Shown here piece by piece: positions 48,401 to 51,714 of a stretch of DNA of 54,676 nt (positions are counted from its first letter, which is position 1; the number at the start of each line of letters is the position of its first letter). The notes under the pieces are model-generated. The model worked only from the letters and a program-made list of their open reading frames with translations. It did no database searches and was not told the origin of the DNA. The stretch is taken from assembly GCA_019661895.1 (NCBI GenBank), contig JAIFWO010000002.1, positions 1 through 54,676 of the forward strand, in the 5' to 3' direction. The stretch is from Candidatus Parcubacteria bacterium. GTDB taxonomy: Bacteria > Patescibacteriota > Minisyncoccia > Phycocordibacterales > Zambryskibacteraceae. Both the position numbers and the translations under genes were made by a program.

Positions 48401-51400
48401 CACTTCGACCACGCAAAACTTCACCATCACGCCTAACTCAGCAGTGGCCCTTGTCATTGGCCGCAATGCTACCACCACGAGATCGTTGTTGGAAGTAAAT
48501 GGCACCACCACCGCCACTAACTTCGTGGCCACTTCGACGACAGCCTTTAGTACCTTCGCAGGCAATGTTGGTATTGGCACAACCTCTCCTTACAGGACAC
48601 TCTCAGTAAATGGATTTATTAATACTGACGGAACAACTGGTGGTTATCAGATAGACGGCGTGACCGCTCTGCAAGCTAGTTCGACAAATTTCGGGACATT
48701 CATCGGTCTTGGGGCAGGAACTTCCACCAGCGCTACAGGTTTCCGCAACACCTACGGAGGATATTGGGCTGGACAAGGAGAGGTAAATGGCGATGATAAC
48801 GCCAGCTTCGGCTACCGGGCGCTTGCTATAGGCAGCGGTAGTACCAACTCTGCCTTCGGCTCGTTCGCCTTGGAGAACAGCAGTGGCAATACCAACTCGG
48901 CATTAGGATATGCCGCTTTGCAAGCGAACACAGGAGGAATAAGCAACACTGCCGTAGGCGCCCAAGCTCTCACCGCCAACCTGAACGGATCAGAGAGTGT
49001 GGCAGTGGGCTATCAGTCTCTCGCGCTCTTCACCGGCACCGATCCCAATACCGCGCTAGGTACTTGGTCGCTCAATAAGACGACCAGCGGCGGGGGAAAT
49101 ACAGCCACAGGATATACTTCCTTGTTCAACAACACCACCGGATTTTCAAATACCGCCATAGGTCAGGATGCCCTTAACGCGGTTACCACCGGTTCTTTGA
49201 ACACGGCGGTTGGTCGAAATGCTGACTCGAAGAATCGCACCGGCACCGCCAATACAACACTCGGCTACAATGCCTTACTTGGAGTAACAGCCAACTCTCA
49301 CTCTTCATCCACAGCTGTCGGATACGGGGCGGGGTCTGCCGTGACCACCGGCAATGGCAATACCCTTCTCGGCTACAAGGTTGGAGATAACATCACGACC
49401 GGGAGTAACAACATTGTCATCGGCTACGACATCGACTCACCAACAGCCTCCAACTCGAACACTCTCAACATTGGCAACCTCCTCTTCGGTACTGTACTTG
49501 ATGGAACGGGAACCACCATATCAAGCGGCAATATAGGCATCGCCTCTTCCACTCCGTGGGGCAGGCTCTCGGTCGAGATGGATACCATCGATCCTGCCTT
49601 CGTAATTGCTAACCAAGGCTCTTCGACGCCTTCCTTATATGTAGGTGGGGTAAACCAAAATGGCTTCGTGGGCTTCGGTACCACCACCACTCCTTCGCTG
49701 GCTCGCATTATTATCGATAATACCATCGGCTCTGATGCTGGATCGGGTATTGCCGTGGCCGGAGAGCACCAGATCTACACCTTCAACCCTTCGACGACGA
49801 ATACAGTCCAAGTTGGTAACCGCACGATTGTGCAGAACTCTCCTGTCGGTGCTACGGCCACCAACACTGCCGTTGGTACACTCATTCGCATGATAGATAA
49901 TAGTGGTATCTCAAACTTGGTCCGTGGGCTTGAGGTAGTGGCGAGCGCTGGTAATACCACCTTCGGAGTCAATACTGGCATCCGTGGTTCTGGGCACACC
50001 TTCGGCGTTCAAGGTATTACCACCGGGCTAGCTGGCGGCACCTCAACACCGGCTGCCATCTATGGTGAGAACTCTGGTACGACTCAGGGAGATATCTTGC
50101 GCCTCTATACTTCTACTATGACCACGGCGACCTCGGTGGCGAGCTTCTACCAAGAGATCTCAACCTTTACCGGCACTGGCCTGACTATGAACTTCGGCAA
50201 GGGTGGAGGAACATTCACGGGTAAGTTCGTGGACTTTAAGGTCAATGATAATACTCGCTTCAAGGTCGAGTATGGTGGTACCACGACGATTGGTCAATTG
50301 AGTCAAACCACCACTCAAGCTGGTATCCAAATTGGATACGGAGGACTTTGTGTTGATAACGATGGAGCATGTACCGCTACTACCACTGGCCGCGTCACCG
50401 CGCGTGAGTATATCACCGCCGGTGCCGACCTCGCGGAAGCTTACTACTCATCGGAGTCTCTCACTCCGGGAGATATCGTGTTTACTAAGGGTAAGTTCTA
50501 CGTTGGCAAGGCCTCCTCCTCGACCGATCCGGTCATTGGAGTGGTCTCGACTAGGCCCGGCATGACACTCGGCACGGGCGAGGTGAAGTTCTCAAGCTTA
50601 AACGAATATCCAATTGGTCTCTCGGGCCGCGTGCCAGTCAGGCTCTCCACGGAGAATGGAGTGATAAATGTCGGAGACAAGATCGCCCTCTCGAGCATTG
50701 CTGGCGTGGGTATGAAGTATGATCCGACCAAGCCGGGCACTATCATCGGTATCGCCCTTGAGGCCTTCGACGGTACTGATGCACTCTCCGAGGGAACGGT
50801 GGAGGTGAAGACTCAAAAAGTTTCCTCAGGTTCCACATGCACGACGACGGAAAGTTCCGGCGACAAGCAGGCCTGGGGCGGTGGAGACAGCGAGGGCACT
50901 ACGACGCACACCACTAGTACCGGGACAGAGACAAGCTGTACGCAAAATGAGGTCACCCTCATTCCCGATGCCGGGACAGCCGAGTCGAGCACGACCAATG
51001 CGGGCATGACGGTCAAGGTAGGTAGCGCGCTGGTCTTCCTCGGTATCGAACGCCCGACCCTTACAGCTAGCCAGGGCTCAATGACTCTGGCACAAGGGGA
51101 TTATAGTCTCGAGAATCACAGCATCTTAAACGTAAAGAGTATCGCCAGCGCCAACGGTAAGTGGTCAATAAACGAGGATGGGGAATTGGTCGTGGAATCC
51201 ATCCGCGCTAAACGAGCCAACTTCTCGGACAGTGTGGAAGTCGGTACCAAGGAGATGCCGACGGGCCTCACGCTCTACGACTCTGCCACCGGCGCACCGT
51301 ATTGCTTGAGTATGAACAATGGTGCGATCTCTTCGGCCCCTGGACTATGTAAGGCCGCCGCTCCGACAGCCAGTTTGACTCAAACTACTATCATTAGCTC

Positions 51401-51701
51401 CACTACCACTCCTACATCAACCACATCATCAAGCACGCCAATAGTCTCTACGACCAGCACAAGTACCGCCACTACGACGAGCCATACCACAAGTACTGCT
51501 TCAAGCACGCCAAACACTACTTCGACCCCGACGCTCTCGACCACGTCGGAGGTCGGGGAGCCGACCGGAAGCGTCGGCTCCAGTACTCCTGCGACCACCA
51601 CGAGCACTAGCACGCCGAGCCTCACCGAGTCTACCAACTCCACAGCTTCATCCTCTCCTCTAACTACTGAAACTTCATCGTCCACGCCACCGACGACGTG
51701 A
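36465..51701 (+). CDS. giant (5078 aa) secreted/surface fibre-adhesin-like protein: signal peptide, FN3 domains, internal TM hairpin, tail-fibre-like repeat array, YadA-head-like tracts and a mucin-like tail
   Basis: A single uninterrupted 15,237-nt ORF. The signal peptide is MSFKRLSISVLLLSVIFSPLSLFA. One FN3 domain reads PSTPANVNATAVSSASIEVTWDASTDNVGVDSYRIYRD...YAYNVSAVDAAGNES. The INYQGRLTD... domain, NARTINGTSF(N/D)GTANITI motifs and NTA(V/L)G repeats are described in the findings. Confidence 0.85.
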   Translation: MSFKRLSISVLLLSVIFSPLSLFAQEMSSGGYAIQSDSVNFAGGKSSSASYNVEDTAGEIATGPSASASYSLKDAGYQSTTGPVTTPDTSAPSTPANVNATAVSSASIEVTWDASTDNVGVDSYRIYRDAVLVADVAIFPRDFVDTGLTPDTLYAYNVSAVDAAGNESALSVSASAQTLALPVSVTPGSSPGSSSGRTLQLTNFIIVPSDTSALVSFTTSVPVTTKIEWTASGVVRSVLSNELKTEHHLTLNSLVPATGYNVRIIVTTALGVQTTFEGIGFRTLTVVNVVSPLNVTNLSATHTENDIELAWSLPKDPSIVGVRLVRSTSFYPTSPDDGKIIFEDFNGGKALNFSDTDVVVGKTYYYAIFTKDISGNFSSGVVAHASIPLPGEPVATTTPLDNLPEAANVDPAIAALVTKDFLFIQDGDSLPVSGDTVTINGNKNLTVALKYYHLPEVLKTVAVTLVGWENGSPKSFTFLLRANRDKTRYEATIGALVVGTYGLKITVIDFKNQGLKKIAGTLVAGENLEAAAQEISGKDIMVVLGVALLILLAVFGNWLRKYFLRRRRFARAVMPVLFAVFLSGILAASVLAQTFNASFNPEINYQGRLTDTSNTPVADDSYNMRFKLYTTSTGGAPIWTETDSLSDTVTVSSGLFSLMLGSTTALSGVDFNQTLYLSVEIGGTSTVPVWDGEMSPRKVLGAVPAAFVSDTLDGLDSTQFVRSDATSTIASSSSQTLLTINQTGTGNLLDIQKSGVSQLTVGGTGIIFTNSTGTSATTTNLFATTASTTNFFGAGLSTCNSAGNALTYNGAGKFGCGSFTTAASSTLLADNNTFSGANTFSQTITGSISGNAGSATVLQNARTINGTSFNGTANITIMAASSTLLADNNTWTGGNIFGNATTTNATTTSLFTTNGTLTNLLYTTANGGAITSTGLGSFANLFASGSTTLQNFTGLNSTTTNATTTSIFSAIASSTNLFSAAARLGALTLGNIIGTTQCLHVDTNGVVSGTGVECGSGSGSVTSVSNVDGTLTISPTTGAVVASLNLGTGNVWTAASTTFVNGVTLGRSTTTNATTTNFFATTASTTNLSVANTIQGSVSGNAGTATALQNARTINGTSFDGTANITITAASSTLLGDTNTWTGDNVFGNASSTNFFATTASSTNLFSTALTTGLITSGLVNGQTISSAANFTGTLTTSGLGTFGNLLTTGSSTLQNFTALNSTSTNATTTSLFASTASSTNLFSSSGNIGLLTIGNSTSSNATSTNFFATTASSTNLFSTSLNTGLITSGNVNGQTVSSAANFTGTVTATGGLTTLSNLLLAGSTTLQNLTFVNATGSAATTTNLFATSLTAGTLKTTSTATIGGSLFISTVLNCNSSSQSLQTDGSGIVSCGTITGGGASVGGGWASLAPNIVRLSTTTDLVGVGTTSPYAKVSINSGAQATTTLALVPVSGQTANIIDIYDISSNLSSVFTSGGRLGIGSTSPSSMLTVGGEAYIDGDLTVSGASGLQNFTALNSTSTSATTTNLFATTASTTNFFGAGLSTCSSAGNALTYNGSGKFGCSTITAASTTLLVDNNAFTGANTFVGVTITRSTTTQATTTNFFSTTASSTNLFSTNGNIGLLTIGNSTSSNATSTNFFATTASSTNLFSTTLTTGLITSGLINGQTISSAANFTGSLTASGLGTFGNLLTSGSSTFQNFTFVNATGTSATTTNLFTTTASTTNFFGAGLSTCNSAGNALTYSGGKFACSSVTAASSTLLADNNTFTGANIFNNITRSTTTSATTTSLFSTTASSTNVFSTNGNIGLLTIGNSTSSNATSTNFFSTTASSTNLFSTALTTGLITSGNVNGQTISSAANFTGTLTASGLGTFGNLLSSGSSTFQNITFLNSTSTNATTTSLFTATASTTNLYVATGAGCLQVDSAGKVFSIGSACGTGSGSVTSVSDNGGGTLTISPTTGVVSASINLGNSNVWTAASTTFVNGVTLGRSTTTNATTTSLFSTTASSTNLFSTNGNIGILTIGNATSSNSFSSTASSTNLFSTNASLGQVTLANATSTTLFSTVASSTDLFSTALTTGLITSGNINGQTISSAANFTGTLTASGLGTFGNLLSSGSSTLQNFTFVNATGTSATTTNFFATTASSTNLFAAASQLGSVTINSITGSTQCLRVDSTGKISGTGSDCSTAGSSGSVNLGNQGQVPYYSANATTTLSATSTIFIATNENVGIGDTNPQNKLSVNGSVAITAGNTYKYDGINIAAGEKTLKNYFFGNAGNISALGSDNVGVGDLALFTIAGVSAGASSKNTAVGSCALCNLGSSGVSSANTALGYHAGAGVLAAGADDNTAVGNLTITDSVGSRNTALGSEALSLLYGNGGSANVKNNTAVGFQALSTGSNSIASSTALGYMAGFASTGSDDLFLGAQADALSGGLTNVTAIGAMAKAGSSNSFILGGTGSYAVNVGIGLTTPSARLTVKGTSGQTNDLVQVASSTGTALFTIDSVGNITASGLATFSDLTTTGVATLPSILFTNATGTSATTTNFFSTTASTTNFFGAGLSTCSSAGNALTYNGAGRFACGSITTAASSTLLADNNTWTGSNIWTAASSTFVNGVTLGRSTTTSATTTSLFSTTASSTNLFFTTASGGNLTSSGIGTFANLLSNGSSTLQNFTFVNATGTSATTTNIFATTASSTNLFATTENIGFSLIGRSTTTAATTTNLFSTTASSTNLFSTALTTGLITSGNVNGQTISSAANFTGTLTATGGLTTLSNLQVNGSSTLQNFTGLNSTTTNATSTSLFTTTASTTNFFGAGLSTCSSAGNALTYDGAGKFACGSITTAASSTLLVDNNAFTGLNTFTDLKLVTRSTTTAATTTNIFSTTASSTNFFSTNGNIGLLTIGNSTSSNSTSTNFFSTTASSTNLFATILNTGNITSTGLITAANLLATGSSTLQNFTGLNSTTTNATSTNLFATTASTTNFFGAGLSSCSGATNALTYNGAGRFACGSITTAASSTLLADNNAFSGNNSFANLLVNGSSTLQNFTFINATGTSATTTNLFSTTASSTNLFYTTASGGNETLSGLLTASNIRANGSTTLQNFTGVNATTSGATTTNAFATTASSTNLFSTNGNIGLLTVGNSTSSNATSTNFFSTTASSTNLFSTTLTTGLITSGLINGQTISSAANFTGSLTASGLGTFGNLLSNGSSTLQNFTFINATGTSATSTNFFATTASSTNLFATNENIGFSLIGRSTTTAATTTSLFATTASTTSFFGAGLSTCSGATNALTYDGAGKFACGSITTAASSTLLADNNTFTGANIFNNITRSTTTSATTTNLFSTTASSTNLFSTNGNIGLLTIGNSTSTNATTTNTFSTTASSTNLFSTSLNTGLITSGLINGQTISSAANFTGTLTTSGLGTFGNLLSNGSSTFQNITFVNATGTSATTTNLFATTASTTNFFGAGLSTCNSASNALIYDGAGKFGCNTISGTAASSTLLADNNTFTGANIFNNITRSTTTNATTTTIFSGTASSTNLFSTNANLGLVTIGNSTSSNATTTNLFSTTASSTNLFFTTASGGSLTSSGIGTFANLLSTGSSTLQNFTGLNSTTTNATTTTIFATTASSTNLFATNANLGLVTLGRSTTSDATTTNLFATTASTTNFFGGGLSTCTGSNVLQWSAGKFSCAASASSASSTLLVDNNAFTGANTFVGVTITRSTTTSATTTSLFSTTASSTNLFSTNGNIGLLTIGNSTSSNSTSTNLFATTASSTNLFSTALTTGLVTSGLVNGQTISSAANFTGTLTATAGLTTLSNLLVTASSTVGNGTQAGGLTINGQATTTNLLVTGSSTLQNFSFVNATGTSATTTNFFSTTASSTNLFSTSLNTGLITSGNVNGQTISSAANFTGTLTATGGLTTLSNLFLSGSTTLQNFTGINSTTTNATTTSLAIRSITGSTQCLHVDTNGLVTGTGSDCGASSASTDKFATSTTQNFTITPNSAVALVIGRNATTTRSLLEVNGTTTATNFVATSTTAFSTFAGNVGIGTTSPYRTLSVNGFINTDGTTGGYQIDGVTALQASSTNFGTFIGLGAGTSTSATGFRNTYGGYWAGQGEVNGDDNASFGYRALAIGSGSTNSAFGSFALENSSGNTNSALGYAALQANTGGISNTAVGAQALTANLNGSESVAVGYQSLALFTGTDPNTALGTWSLNKTTSGGGNTATGYTSLFNNTTGFSNTAIGQDALNAVTTGSLNTAVGRNADSKNRTGTANTTLGYNALLGVTANSHSSSTAVGYGAGSAVTTGNGNTLLGYKVGDNITTGSNNIVIGYDIDSPTASNSNTLNIGNLLFGTVLDGTGTTISSGNIGIASSTPWGRLSVEMDTIDPAFVIANQGSSTPSLYVGGVNQNGFVGFGTTTTPSLARIIIDNTIGSDAGSGIAVAGEHQIYTFNPSTTNTVQVGNRTIVQNSPVGATATNTAVGTLIRMIDNSGISNLVRGLEVVASAGNTTFGVNTGIRGSGHTFGVQGITTGLAGGTSTPAAIYGENSGTTQGDILRLYTSTMTTATSVASFYQEISTFTGTGLTMNFGKGGGTFTGKFVDFKVNDNTRFKVEYGGTTTIGQLSQTTTQAGIQIGYGGLCVDNDGACTATTTGRVTAREYITAGADLAEAYYSSESLTPGDIVFTKGKFYVGKASSSTDPVIGVVSTRPGMTLGTGEVKFSSLNEYPIGLSGRVPVRLSTENGVINVGDKIALSSIAGVGMKYDPTKPGTIIGIALEAFDGTDALSEGTVEVKTQKVSSGSTCTTTESSGDKQAWGGGDSEGTTTHTTSTGTETSCTQNEVTLIPDAGTAESSTTNAGMTVKVGSALVFLGIERPTLTASQGSMTLAQGDYSLENHSILNVKSIASANGKWSINEDGELVVESIRAKRANFSDSVEVGTKEMPTGLTLYDSATGAPYCLSMNNGAISSAPGLCKAAAPTASLTQTTIISSTTTPTSTTSSSTPIVSTTSTSTATTTSHTTSTASSTPNTTSTPTLSTTSEVGEPTGSVGSSTPATTTSTSTPSLTESTNSTASSSPLTTETSSSTPPTT
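41391..41512 (+). repeat. 122-bp perfect direct repeat, copy 1
   Basis: Identical by eye to 45912-46033 (gcaagttccactaatctcttctccaccactcttaccactgg...cggcttcaggctt). Confidence 0.8.
45912..46033 (+). repeat. 122-bp perfect direct repeat, copy 2
   Basis: Identical by eye to 41391-41512, 4.5 kb upstream in the same ORF and the same frame. Confidence 0.8.
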
Positions 51702-51714
51702 TAATTATTAATAT

